Assembly: GCA_041650495.1 (NCBI GenBank)
Contig: JBAZLB010000008.1
Coordinates: 4,218 to 68,217, forward strand
DNA from: Candidatus Omnitrophota bacterium
Lineage (GTDB): Bacteria; Omnitrophota; Gorgyraeia; Gygaellales; Profunditerraquicolaceae
Length of the DNA: 64,000 nucleotides
Direction of reading: 5' to 3'
The notes below the pieces were generated by a model, which was not told where the DNA came from, did no database searches, and saw nothing but the letters and a program-made list of their open reading frames with translations. Both the position numbers and the translations under genes were made by a program. The stretch's first letter is position 1. Each line of letters begins with the position of its first letter. Positions 55,929 through 64,000 of the stretch are shown here, one piece after another.

Positions 55929-56390
55929 ATGAGTAAGATTATCGCTACCAACCATAAGGCCTTAAGGGATTATGCGGTTATAGAGGCAATTGAGTGCGGC
56001 ATAGAATTAAAGGGCAGTGAAGTTAAATCCTTGCGTGAAGGCCAGGTCAATCTGAATGAAAGTTTTGCCCGGATAGAGGACGGAGAAATAATATTATATA
56101 ATGCCCACATCAGCCCTTATGCGCAGGCAAGCTATCTTAATGTTGATCCGGTCAGAGAGAGGAGGCTGCTTTTACATAAGAAGCAGATAAACAGGCTCGC
56201 TGCTCAGATAGCCCAGAAAGGTTTTGCCCTGATTCCGCTTAAGGCCTATTTTAACGAGCGGGGTTTTGCAAAAATAGAACTTGCCATGTCCAGAGGCAAG
56301 AAGTCATACGATAAAAGAGAAGATATTAAACGCCGCGAGAGCGATCTGACCATGCGCCGTATTCTTAAGGCCAGGGCCAGGAATAAGTAA
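55929..56390 (+). CDS. smpB: SsrA-binding protein SmpB.
   Basis: It has 'GIELKGSEVKSLREGQVNL' and 'LLLHKKQI', and it is followed by tmRNA. The track ORF starts on GTG inside the repeat. Confidence 0.95.
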   Translation: MSKIIATNHKALRDYAVIEAIECGIELKGSEVKSLREGQVNLNESFARIEDGEIILYNAHISPYAQASYLNVDPVRERRLLLHKKQINRLAAQIAQKGFALIPLKAYFNERGFAKIELAMSRGKKSYDKREDIKRRESDLTMRRILKARARNK

Positions 56391-56408
56391 GATAAGATAC
56401 AGGATTTA

Positions 56409-56815
56409 GGGGGTGAAAGGGCTCGACTTGGGTAAGCCGGGTAAGAGCAGCATGCCGCGGATGCGAGGTGAGCCGCGTTAACAATCCTTGCAAAATACAA
56501 ATGCCAACTACGAAACAGTAGGGCTGAGACCGGTGTCGACAGTAATGCCGACATTTGTCCCGGCTGGCGTGCAAGTCCCAGTCCTTAATTAAGGGTTGGG
56601 CCTCTCTTAACCCTTGCCTGGGGGTTAGGTAGGGCGATTTCTAGGCTGGTTGCGCGTTTTGCCTTTGGGCGCGTGACGAGAGCGGTTTTAAGGCTGCGTC
56701 TTTTCCGGATCCCGCCTGACGGAGCCGGATGAGACAAAGAATAAAAGACAGGCTAAGCATGTAGCGGCTTTTATTTGGTTACTTAAGGACGGCGGTTCAA
56801 TTCCGCCCACCTCCA
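56409..56815 (+). ncRNA. ssrA: Transfer-messenger RNA (ssrA/tmRNA).
   Basis: The 5' end 'GGGGGTG' pairs with the 3' 'CACCTCC' and has a G3-U wobble like tRNA-Ala. The T arm is 'GGCGGTTCAATTCCGCC' and the discriminator is A. The internal tag ORF begins 'GCCAACTACGAA' (ANYE...) and ends at a TAA followed by the helix 'AGGGTT..AACCCT'. The gene is about 407 nt and lies directly downstream of smpB. Confidence 0.85.
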
Positions 56816-57041
56816 CTTTCTAAGGTAAGACTAAAAAAGGGGGAAAATCATTAGTTTAATACAAAGGAAGGAAGAAAAAAGGCAGCCTGGCACTCCAGGG
56901 CCGGGTAATCTTATTAAGGGGATTATCCTGGGGGTATGTCTCCTGGTTTTAGCCGGCTGCGCTACCGTTTCAGTCCGCGATAACTTCCCCACTTACAATA
57001 TAGGCGGCCTCACTTATATACCCGCGGTATCTCTTTGCCGT

Positions 57042-57971
57042 TTGCGTTCAGTAGATTGGGATTACGACAGCTTTACGCGTAAACTTACGCTCACTAAAGA
57101 TGCGCACAAAGTAATCCTGATGGCAGGGGAAAAGATGGTAATGGCTGATAACCGTTCTTATTATCTGAAACACCCGGTAGTTATCCATCAAGGCGCGATA
57201 GCTGTCCCTTATAAATTCAAAGAGCAGATATTTGATGTTATTTTTAAAGCGCCTTCTCCTGCCGCTGCCAGGGCGCCTGTTATCCCGGCGTGGATAAAAA
57301 CAGTGGTTATTGACCCCGGCCACGGCGGGAATGACCCGGGGGCCATAGGCAAGAGAGCCCTGAAGGAAAAAGATATTAATCTGGATATCGCCAAGAGGGT
57401 GGCGACTCTTTTACGTGCTTCCGGGGTGAGCGTTATCATGACCCGCTCAAGCGATAATTTTGTTTCTCTTTCCCGGAGAGTGGCCATATCCAACAGGGCG
57501 CATCCTGATCTTTTTGTCAGTATCCATTCCAATGCCAACCGTGTGCGCAGCCTCAACGGCCTTGAGGTGTATTATATATCTCCTAAGGTCAACGACAGCA
57601 AGCGGGCGGCATCTGCTGCCCAGAACGGTATGCCGGATGTAGGCGTTTGTTCCGTAATAAGCAACCCCTCTTATAATTTAAAGGCCATACTCTGGGATAT
57701 GGTTTATACCGCAAACCGCGCCGAGTCCATAAGATTGGCGCGCGCTATTTGCCGCAGCACAGGCCGGAACATGGATACAAGGATCATAGGGGTAAAGGGA
57801 GCGCCTTTTTACGTATTAAAGGGAGTTTCCGCCCCGGCTATTTTAATAGAGACGGGGTTTGTATCCAATCCCGCAGAGGAGAAACTGCTTAGAAACAGTT
57901 ATTACCGTCAGCAGATAGCCGAGTCAATAGTAGAAGGCATAAGAGATTACGGCAACGATTCCTTATCTTAA
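57042..57971 (+). CDS. amiC: N-acetylmuramoyl-L-alanine amidase (Amidase_3, AmiC-like). The true start is probably upstream, near 56913.
   Basis: It has 'VVIDPGHGGNDPGAIG' and 'HSNA', with an upstream AMIN-like segment. The in-frame region 56835-57041 encodes 'KGIILGVCLLVLAGCATVS', a lipoprotein signal peptide, yet contains no ATG, GTG or TTG codon. Confidence 0.8.
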   Translation: MRSVDWDYDSFTRKLTLTKDAHKVILMAGEKMVMADNRSYYLKHPVVIHQGAIAVPYKFKEQIFDVIFKAPSPAAARAPVIPAWIKTVVIDPGHGGNDPGAIGKRALKEKDINLDIAKRVATLLRASGVSVIMTRSSDNFVSLSRRVAISNRAHPDLFVSIHSNANRVRSLNGLEVYYISPKVNDSKRAASAAQNGMPDVGVCSVISNPSYNLKAILWDMVYTANRAESIRLARAICRSTGRNMDTRIIGVKGAPFYVLKGVSAPAILIETGFVSNPAEEKLLRNSYYRQQIAESIVEGIRDYGNDSLS

Positions 57972-57986
57972 GGAGGTTATTTAATA

Positions 57987-58778
57987 ATGAGGCCTATAGG
58001 CGTATTTGATTCGGGGGTAGGCGGGCTTACCGTGGTCAAGGAGCTTGCGCGTCAGCTGCCCAAAGAAGATATTGTTTATTTCGGAGATACCGCGCGCGTG
58101 CCGTACGGCATAAAATCACGCGAGACAGTGATACGTTTTTCCATTGAAAATATATTATTCCTTTTAAAGCACCGTGTTAAGCTTATCTGTGTCGCCTGTA
58201 ATACCGTATCCAGCGTTGCCCTTCCGGTCATCAAGAGCCACTTTCGGGTACCCATAGTCGGCGTCATCGGCCCGGGGGCAAGAGAGGCGGTTTACGCTAC
58301 TCAAAACAAGCGCATAGGCGTCATCGGCACCAGCGGCACCATAAAAAGCAGGGCCTACGAACAGGAGATAAAACAGCTGGCCCCTGATGCCCGGGTTTTA
58401 TCCAGGGCCTGCCCTTTATTTGTGCCGTTCGTAGAAGAGGGCTGGCTGTCCACAGACGTGGTCTTAAAAGTAGCAAAAGAATATCTTAAGCCTTTTAAGC
58501 AGGCAGGGGTGGATACGCTTATCTTAGGCTGTACTCATTATCCATTGCTTAAACCGGTGATAAAAGAGGTCATGGGCAATAAGGTTAATTTGATAGATTC
58601 TGCCAAGCAGGTAGCCATAGAGGTAAAGAAGATATTGGCGCAGGAGGGCTCACTCAGTAATGGCCGTAAAGGAAGGCATGCCTTTTATGTCAGCGATAAC
58701 CCAGAATGGTTCCGTGGGCTGGCTAAGAGTTTTCTGGGTAATCCCGTGCTAAATGTCAGGAAGGCAGGGGCAGTTTAA
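57987..58778 (+). CDS. murI: Glutamate racemase.
   Basis: It has 'IGVFDSGVGGLTV', 'CNT' and 'GCTHYP'. Confidence 0.9.
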   Translation: MRPIGVFDSGVGGLTVVKELARQLPKEDIVYFGDTARVPYGIKSRETVIRFSIENILFLLKHRVKLICVACNTVSSVALPVIKSHFRVPIVGVIGPGAREAVYATQNKRIGVIGTSGTIKSRAYEQEIKQLAPDARVLSRACPLFVPFVEEGWLSTDVVLKVAKEYLKPFKQAGVDTLILGCTHYPLLKPVIKEVMGNKVNLIDSAKQVAIEVKKILAQEGSLSNGRKGRHAFYVSDNPEWFRGLAKSFLGNPVLNVRKAGAV

Positions 58779-58816
58779 AGGCATTGATCAAACCGCGGTA
58801 TTTCCGGGGGTGAAGG

Positions 58817-59173
58817 ATGTATACCATAAAGATCGAGGCAGTTTTTAGTTCCGCGCATAACCTCAGGGGTTATAAAGGTAAATGCGAAGAGTTGCACGGC
58901 CATAACTGGAAGGTAGAGGCATCGCTTTGCGCAGAGAGATTAGATAAGAACGGCCTGCTCATGGATTTTAAGGAATTGAAGGATAAGCTTAATGAGGTCC
59001 TTGAGAGATTAGACCACAAATACCTCAACGATATCCCGTATTTTAAAAAAGTTAATCCTACCTCGGAGAATATCGCCAGGTATATATATGAGGCCTTAAA
59101 GGCAAGCACGCCTGATCTTAACTCTATTACGGTCTGGGAAAACTCTGCCAGCGCCGCTACCTATCAGGAATGA
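58817..59173 (+). CDS. queD: 6-carboxy-5,6,7,8-tetrahydropterin synthase.
   Basis: It has the PTPS zinc ligands 'CEELHGHNW'. Confidence 0.85.
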   Translation: MYTIKIEAVFSSAHNLRGYKGKCEELHGHNWKVEASLCAERLDKNGLLMDFKELKDKLNEVLERLDHKYLNDIPYFKKVNPTSENIARYIYEALKASTPDLNSITVWENSASAATYQE

Positions 59174-59829
59174 AAAAGGCGATAGTACTTTTATCCGGAG
59201 GCCTGGATTCAGCCGCGGTTTTATACCTGGCTAAAAAGGAAGGCTTTAGTTGTTCCTGTCTTATCTTTGATTATGGCCAGCGGCACAAGAGAGAGATCGA
59301 GTCAGCCAGACGCATAGCCGCCTCAGCCGGCTGCCGTGCAAAGGTGCTGAAAATACCCTTTCCCCGGGAAGGCTCAAGCCTCCTGGGTAAGCAGCGAGAG
59401 GTGCCTTTAACCAGGAAAGGCAAGGGGGATATTCCCTCGACGTATGTGCCGGCAAGGAATATTATATTTTTAAGTCTTGCCTTGTCCTATGCCGAGGCAA
59501 GCGGCGCAGGCACAATATTTATCGGAGCGCATAGCCAGGATTACAGCGGTTACCCTGATTGCCGGCCGCAGTTTTACCGTATTTTTCAGCGTTTAGCTGC
59601 CTGCGGGACAAAATCCGGAGTAGAAGGCAGGGGCGTCAAAATCAGGGCCCCCTTCTTGAATAGAGGTAAAGCCTCGATTATTCGTACAGGTATCAGCTTA
59701 GGCGTTCCTTTTCACCTGAGCTGGTCATGCTATAAGGGAGGGCTGAGGCCTTGCGGTAAATGTGAGAGCTGCTATTTCCGGGCCAAGGGTTTTAAGGAAG
59801 CAGGGGTAAAAGACCCTTTAGATCTGTAG
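59170..59829 (+). CDS. queC: 7-cyano-7-deazaguanine synthase.
   Basis: It has the PP-loop 'LLSGGLDSA' and the C-terminal zinc Cys cluster 'CGKCESC'. Confidence 0.9.
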   Translation: MKKAIVLLSGGLDSAAVLYLAKKEGFSCSCLIFDYGQRHKREIESARRIAASAGCRAKVLKIPFPREGSSLLGKQREVPLTRKGKGDIPSTYVPARNIIFLSLALSYAEASGAGTIFIGAHSQDYSGYPDCRPQFYRIFQRLAACGTKSGVEGRGVKIRAPFLNRGKASIIRTGISLGVPFHLSWSCYKGGLRPCGKCESCYFRAKGFKEAGVKDPLDL

Positions 59830-59838
59830 GTAAAAAAT

Positions 59839-60510
59839 ATGATTAAAGGAAGGATAAACGAAATATTCGAGAGCCTGCAGGGAGAAGGCATTTACCTGGG
59901 GGAAAAACAGATCTTTGTGCGTTTCTTCGGGTGCAACTTAGGCTGTAAATTTTGCGATACGCGCCTGAGTTCTTTCAAGGAAATGACTCCTAAAGAATTA
60001 ATCTTTGAGATAAAGAAATACAGCGGGCCGCATCATTCCATTTCTTTTACCGGAGGAGAGCCGCTCCTGCAGAAGGATTTTCTAAAAGAGGTCCTGCCCT
60101 TGACTTATAAGGAGGGGTATAAAAATTACCTTGAGACTAACGGCACCCTGCCTGATGAGCTGGCTGAGGTCATTGATTACATAGATATCGTGGCTATGGA
60201 TTTAAAATTACCTTCCTCGACCGGTTTATACGGTTTCTGGAAACAGCACCGCAAGTTCCTTGAAATCGCCTCCCGTAAAGAAGTTTTTTTAAAGGCAGTC
60301 ATCTGTCATGATACCTGCAGCATAGATCTAGTGGAAGGCCTGAAGTTGATCAAAGAGGTAAACGAGTATGCGCTCTTAGTCCTTCAGCCGGATAGCGAAG
60401 AAGATGAGGCCCTTAAGCAGAAGCTGGAATATTGTAAGGAGATTTGCGATAAGCACGGGATAACCGCCTGCATCATACCGCAGATCCATAGAAAGGTAGG
60501 GATTAAATAG
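59839..60510 (+). CDS. queE: 7-carboxy-7-deazaguanine synthase (radical SAM).
   Basis: It has the atypical radical-SAM motif 'CNLGCKFCDT'. Confidence 0.9.
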   Translation: MIKGRINEIFESLQGEGIYLGEKQIFVRFFGCNLGCKFCDTRLSSFKEMTPKELIFEIKKYSGPHHSISFTGGEPLLQKDFLKEVLPLTYKEGYKNYLETNGTLPDELAEVIDYIDIVAMDLKLPSSTGLYGFWKQHRKFLEIASRKEVFLKAVICHDTCSIDLVEGLKLIKEVNEYALLVLQPDSEEDEALKQKLEYCKEICDKHGITACIIPQIHRKVGIK

Positions 60511-60912
60511 ATGCCGGTTGAAAAAAGTAATTATGAAGGCCGCCAGGGGCACATACGCAGATTGCGCCTGCCGAAGATAGAATCCTGGAAGAATCAGTAC
60601 CCGGATAAAAGGTACACTATTTCTCTTGAAGTCCCGGAGTTTACCTGCCTCTGCCCCAAGACCGGGCTTGCGGACTTTGCGCTTATTAAGATTGAATATT
60701 CACCGGATAAATACTGCATTGAACTTAAGTCATTTAAACTCTACATCATTGCCTACCGTAACGTCGGAATATTCCATGAGCACGCGGTAAACAGGATCCT
60801 GGATGATTTCATCTCAGCCTGCAAGCCGCGCTGGGCTAAGGTAATGGGTGAATTTAATCCCCGCGGCGGTATAAAGACCACGGTAACCAGGGAATTCAAA
60901 AGGGGTAAATAA
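60511..60912 (+). CDS. queF: NADPH-dependent 7-cyano-7-deazaguanine reductase (type I).
   Basis: It has 'EFTCLCPKTGLADFA' with the catalytic Cys, and the QueF motif 'IELKSFKLYI'. Confidence 0.85.
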   Translation: MPVEKSNYEGRQGHIRRLRLPKIESWKNQYPDKRYTISLEVPEFTCLCPKTGLADFALIKIEYSPDKYCIELKSFKLYIIAYRNVGIFHEHAVNRILDDFISACKPRWAKVMGEFNPRGGIKTTVTREFKRGK

Positions 60913-60926
60913 AAGTCAGGGTAGAA

Positions 60927-61769
60927 ATGAGAAGATTAGAGGCAAAAACAATCAGGCAGGCGGTTGAGGATTTATGCATAAAGGCTAATACCATCTTAAG
61001 GAAGGATGTTTTAAAAGCCCTTAAGTTATCTTTAAAAAAAGAAAGCAGCGCAGGGGCCAGGAATATTTTAGAGGCGATTATTCAGAACGCCTCCATAGCC
61101 AAAAAAGAAAAACTGGCGATTTGTCAGGATACCGGTATGCCGATAGTCTTCCTGGAGGTCGGCCAGCAGGTAAATATCAGGGGAGATGTCAATCAGGCAG
61201 TAACTAAAGGTATAGAAGACGGCTATAAAAAAGGGTATTTCCGGCCTTCCGTCATCAGGGACCCTTTATCAAGGGGCAGGCCGCAGTATTCACCCGTGCT
61301 TATCCACGCGGATATTGTCCGGGGAGATAAAATGAAGATTACCGTTTTGCCTAAGGGCTTTGGCTGCGAAAATAAATCCAGGCTGTGTATGTTTAAGCCG
61401 ACCGCAGGTTTTCTTGAAATAAAGAGATTTATTCTTGAGACGGTAAAAGATGCGGGCCCGGATGCCTGTCCTCCCTATGTGGTGGGGGTGGGTATAGGCG
61501 GCAGCGCAGAATACGCTTCTCTGCTGGCTAAAAAGGCCCTGCTTAAAGATATTACCTGTGGCAAGACGAAGAATTCCGGCCGGAACGCAAAGTTAGAGGA
61601 TGAATTATTGAAGGAGATAAACAGCTTAGGTATCGGGCCGATGGGCTTAGGCGGTAAGACCACGGCATTAGGCGTAAAGATACTGACTTATCCTACCCAT
61701 ATTGCCGGGCTGCCGGTAGCGGTAAATATCAGCTGTCACGCCCTGCGCAGTGCCGGCACAATATTGTAA
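60927..61769 (+). CDS. fumA: Class I (Fe-S) fumarate hydratase, alpha subunit (N-terminal domain).
   Basis: It has 'ICQDTGMPIVFLEVGQ'. Confidence 0.85.
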   Translation: MRRLEAKTIRQAVEDLCIKANTILRKDVLKALKLSLKKESSAGARNILEAIIQNASIAKKEKLAICQDTGMPIVFLEVGQQVNIRGDVNQAVTKGIEDGYKKGYFRPSVIRDPLSRGRPQYSPVLIHADIVRGDKMKITVLPKGFGCENKSRLCMFKPTAGFLEIKRFILETVKDAGPDACPPYVVGVGIGGSAEYASLLAKKALLKDITCGKTKNSGRNAKLEDELLKEINSLGIGPMGLGGKTTALGVKILTYPTHIAGLPVAVNISCHALRSAGTIL

Positions 61770-61771
61770 GA

Positions 61772-62299
61772 ATGAAAAGATTAGTTACCCCCCTAAAGAA
61801 AAGAGATGTATCCTCTTTAAAGGCAGGAGAGGCGGTTTTATTAAGCGGGACTATTTATACCGCGCGCGACCAGGCGCATAAGCGCCTTTTTGAGGCCATT
61901 CTTAAAAAGCAGAGGCTTCCCTTTAACCTGCGTAATGAGATTATTTATTACTGCGGCCCCGCGAAAACGCCCAGAGGCAAAGTCATCGGTTCCTGCGGCC
62001 CGACTACCAGCTCCCGTATGGATAAATTTACCCCTTTATTATTGAAGAAAGGGCTTTTGGCTATGATCGGCAAAGGCAGGCGTTCTCAGGAGGTAATTAA
62101 GGCAACAGGAAAGCATAAGGCAGTATATTTTCTTACTTATGCCGGATGCGCAGCGCTTCTGGCTAAACAGGTAAAAAAGGCAGGTGTCTTTGCCTTCGCG
62201 GATTTAGGGCCGGAGGCAATTTATAAGTTAGAGGTAAAGGATTTTCCTTTGATTGTCGGCATAGACACAAAAGGCAGGAATATTTATCAGGCGGTATAA
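61772..62299 (+). CDS. fumB: Class I fumarate hydratase, beta subunit (C-terminal domain).
   Basis: It has '[14 protein letters not shown]' and '[10 protein letters not shown]'. Confidence 0.85.
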   Translation: MKRLVTPLKKRDVSSLKAGEAVLLSGTIYTARDQAHKRLFEAILKKQRLPFNLRNEIIYYCGPAKTPRGKVIGSCGPTTSSRMDKFTPLLLKKGLLAMIGKGRRSQEVIKATGKHKAVYFLTYAGCAALLAKQVKKAGVFAFADLGPEAIYKLEVKDFPLIVGIDTKGRNIYQAV

Positions 62300-62322
62300 C
62301 CTTAAAGAAAGCGAGGCATGGT

Positions 62323-63036
62323 ATGCAGCGTTTGGATGGCAGGGGTTCAGATAAAATAAGAAGGGTAGGGATTACCCGGGGTTATATAATCCATGCCGAA
62401 GGCTCCTGTCTGATTGAGCTGGGTAATACCCGTATTGTCTGCACTGCCTCGGTAGAGGAATCCGTCCCGCCTTTCTTGAAAGGAAGCGGCAGCGGCTGGA
62501 TAACCGCCGAATACGGCATGCTTCCCCGTTCCTGCTTGAGCCGTATCCCGCGGGGGAAGGATTCCGGCCGCACCTATGAGATACAGCGTCTCATCGGCAG
62601 GTCCCTTAGGGCGGTAGTAAATATGAAGAAAATGGGGGAACGCACTATTTGGATGGACTGCGATGTCATTCAGGCAGACGGAGGCACGCGCACTGCCTCC
62701 ATAACCGCCAGCTTCATCGCCCTGGTTGATGCCTTTCATAAACTAAAAAAAGACGGCCTGATTTCAGCAATCCCCATAAAAGACTTTGTGGCTGCCACCA
62801 GCGTCGGGGTGCTTGGAGGCCAGCTGCTTCTGGATCTAAGTTACGCCGAAGACTCCCGGGTAGAAGTGGATATGAATGTGGTTATGACCGGGGCAGGGAG
62901 GTTTATTGAGATACAGGGGACAGGGGAGCGCGATACTTTTGATAACAGCCAGATGGATAAGATGCTCACCCTGGCTAAAAAAGGCATCGGAGAATTGATC
63001 GATATCCAGCGGAATATTTTTAAAGGTGTTTTATAA
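62323..63036 (+). CDS. rph: Ribonuclease PH.
   Basis: It begins '[13 protein letters not shown]' and continues '[16 protein letters not shown]'. Confidence 0.95.
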   Translation: MQRLDGRGSDKIRRVGITRGYIIHAEGSCLIELGNTRIVCTASVEESVPPFLKGSGSGWITAEYGMLPRSCLSRIPRGKDSGRTYEIQRLIGRSLRAVVNMKKMGERTIWMDCDVIQADGGTRTASITASFIALVDAFHKLKKDGLISAIPIKDFVAATSVGVLGGQLLLDLSYAEDSRVEVDMNVVMTGAGRFIEIQGTGERDTFDNSQMDKMLTLAKKGIGELIDIQRNIFKGVL

Positions 63037-63047
63037 AATCCTGATAG

Positions 63048-63647
63048 ATGAAACAAGAGTTGGTCGTAGCCACAAAGAATCAAAAGAAACTTAAAGAGAT
63101 AAAAGACCTTCTGGCCGGGATGGATTTTAAGGTCACTTCTCTGGATGATTATCCCCGCGCGCCGAAGATAATAGAGAATGGAAGGACCTTTGCTGAGAAT
63201 GCCGCAAAAAAGGCGCGGGTTATTGCCGGCTATACCGGGAAACTTACCCTGGGAGAAGACTCCGGTCTTTGCGTGCGTGCCTTAGGAGGCAGGCCGGGGG
63301 TTTATTCCTCGCGTTTTTCAGGCAAAGATAAAGATGACTTAAAGAATAACCTGAAGCTTTTAAAGGTACTTAAGGGGTTGCCGCTTTCCGGGCGCAAGGC
63401 TTATTATGTCTGTGCCATAGCTATGGCGGATAAGGATGGTTCCTTGAGGCAGGTTGAGGGCAGGTGCCCGGGGGTTATCGGCTTTGCTATGCGCGGAAAA
63501 TCCGGATTCGGCTATGACCCGTTGTTTATTATCCCGCGTTACAAAAAGACCTTTGCCCAGCTTGGCCTTAAGTTAAAACACAAGATGAGCCACCGCTTCC
63601 GCGCCCTGGAGAAAGCAAAGAAGGTCCTGGCTACTTACTTGAAATAA
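63048..63647 (+). CDS. rdgB: Non-canonical purine NTP pyrophosphatase (RdgB/Ham1).
   Basis: It has 'VVATKNQKKLKEI', 'GFGYDPLF' and 'SHR', and it follows rph. Confidence 0.9.
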   Translation: MKQELVVATKNQKKLKEIKDLLAGMDFKVTSLDDYPRAPKIIENGRTFAENAAKKARVIAGYTGKLTLGEDSGLCVRALGGRPGVYSSRFSGKDKDDLKNNLKLLKVLKGLPLSGRKAYYVCAIAMADKDGSLRQVEGRCPGVIGFAMRGKSGFGYDPLFIIPRYKKTFAQLGLKLKHKMSHRFRALEKAKKVLATYLK

Positions 63648-64000
63648 AATCCTTTATACTTTTGATGATGTCCATTGCTACCGGTATGACCTTGTAGCTG
63701 GGTTTCTGGATTGTCCCGGTAATACGTATGGTGAGGGCGCTGCCTAATTGGCCTAATACTGCGGTGGCAAATTTTCTCATATCGGATGAATCGCGGATCA
63801 ATTCTTTATTCACCTGGGTATAAACCGTAAAGTCCAGCTCGCCATTAAACCCCAATTTACCCTTACAGTCTAAGGCCATCATGTCGCTGGTTAACTTCAG
63901 GTTATCCGTTTGAATAAAGTTGTCCTGAATATCAAAATCTGCCGTTGCCTGGCTGAAGACGATCTTTTCGTATACCGGAAGGAATAATAATTCGCCTATG
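63631..64000 (-). CDS. C-terminal part of an AsmA-family outer-membrane assembly protein. The gene continues beyond the window end.
   Basis: The - strand frame stays open to position 64000. The C-terminus 'TIRITGTIQKPSYKV' is AsmA-like. It overlaps the end of rdgB convergently. Confidence 0.45.
   Translation of the reverse strand, partial: IGELLFLPVYEKIVFSQATADFDIQDNFIQTDNLKLTSDMMALDCKGKLGFNGELDFTVYTQVNKELIRDSSDMRKFATAVLGQLGSALTIRITGTIQKPSYKVIPVAMDIIKSIKDFISSK

Overview
This 64 kb window is a gene-dense bacterial chromosomal segment of about 47-48% GC; no organism is given and the taxonomy is an inference. The gene content points to a diderm (outer-membrane) bacterium, since lptFG, mlaEFD, lolCE/lolD, asmA, DUF1573 and C-terminal-Phe beta-barrel OMP genes are present, yet the gene order is strikingly Firmicutes-like (mcsA-mcsB-clpC; radA-yacL-ispD-ispF-cysE-cysS; tmk-holB-ricT-metG-tatD). 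Almost all genes are on the + strand and are housekeeping: lysS, cysS, metG, clpC, radA, the queDCEF queuosine operon, class I fumarase subunits, rph-rdgB, smpB followed by a full tmRNA gene, and one tRNA-Leu(CAG) on the - strand. A polyprenyl-synthase / MenA-like / NDH-2-like / DoxX cluster sits near the 5' end. I found no CRISPR arrays, rRNA genes, transposases or obvious defence systems. Three things are most worth a second look. (1) A 1083-aa protein (746..3997) has a complete EF-G translocase preceded, in one uninterrupted reading frame with its own Shine-Dalgarno site, by about 390 aa of signal-anchor TM helix, long coiled coil and Pro/Glu-rich disordered linker. This would be a membrane-tethered EF-G paralogue of a kind I cannot place in any described family. 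(2) A family of about 150-190 nt structured intergenic repeats has five copies in this window (two in tandem near 14.5-15.0 kb, then 39.0 kb, 53.8 kb inverted and 55.8 kb). The copies share 'TTCGGGATAATTCGCAGAC' and 'CTGCTCATTA' blocks and three hairpins whose stems differ by compensatory double substitutions, and three loci end 8-25 nt before the start codons of htpX, mtnA and smpB. (3) A Maf nucleotide pyrophosphatase domain is fused in-frame, without a stop codon, to a lipobox-bearing M48 metalloprotease. Smaller oddities are perfect-consensus sigma70 promoters giving near-leaderless lysS and pyrE mRNAs, an AmiC amidase whose lipoprotein signal peptide lies upstream of the first canonical start codon, an EF-hand loop inserted in HtpX, a minimal tRNA-Leu / ORF6N / repeat islet, and an atypically long predicted tmRNA tag.
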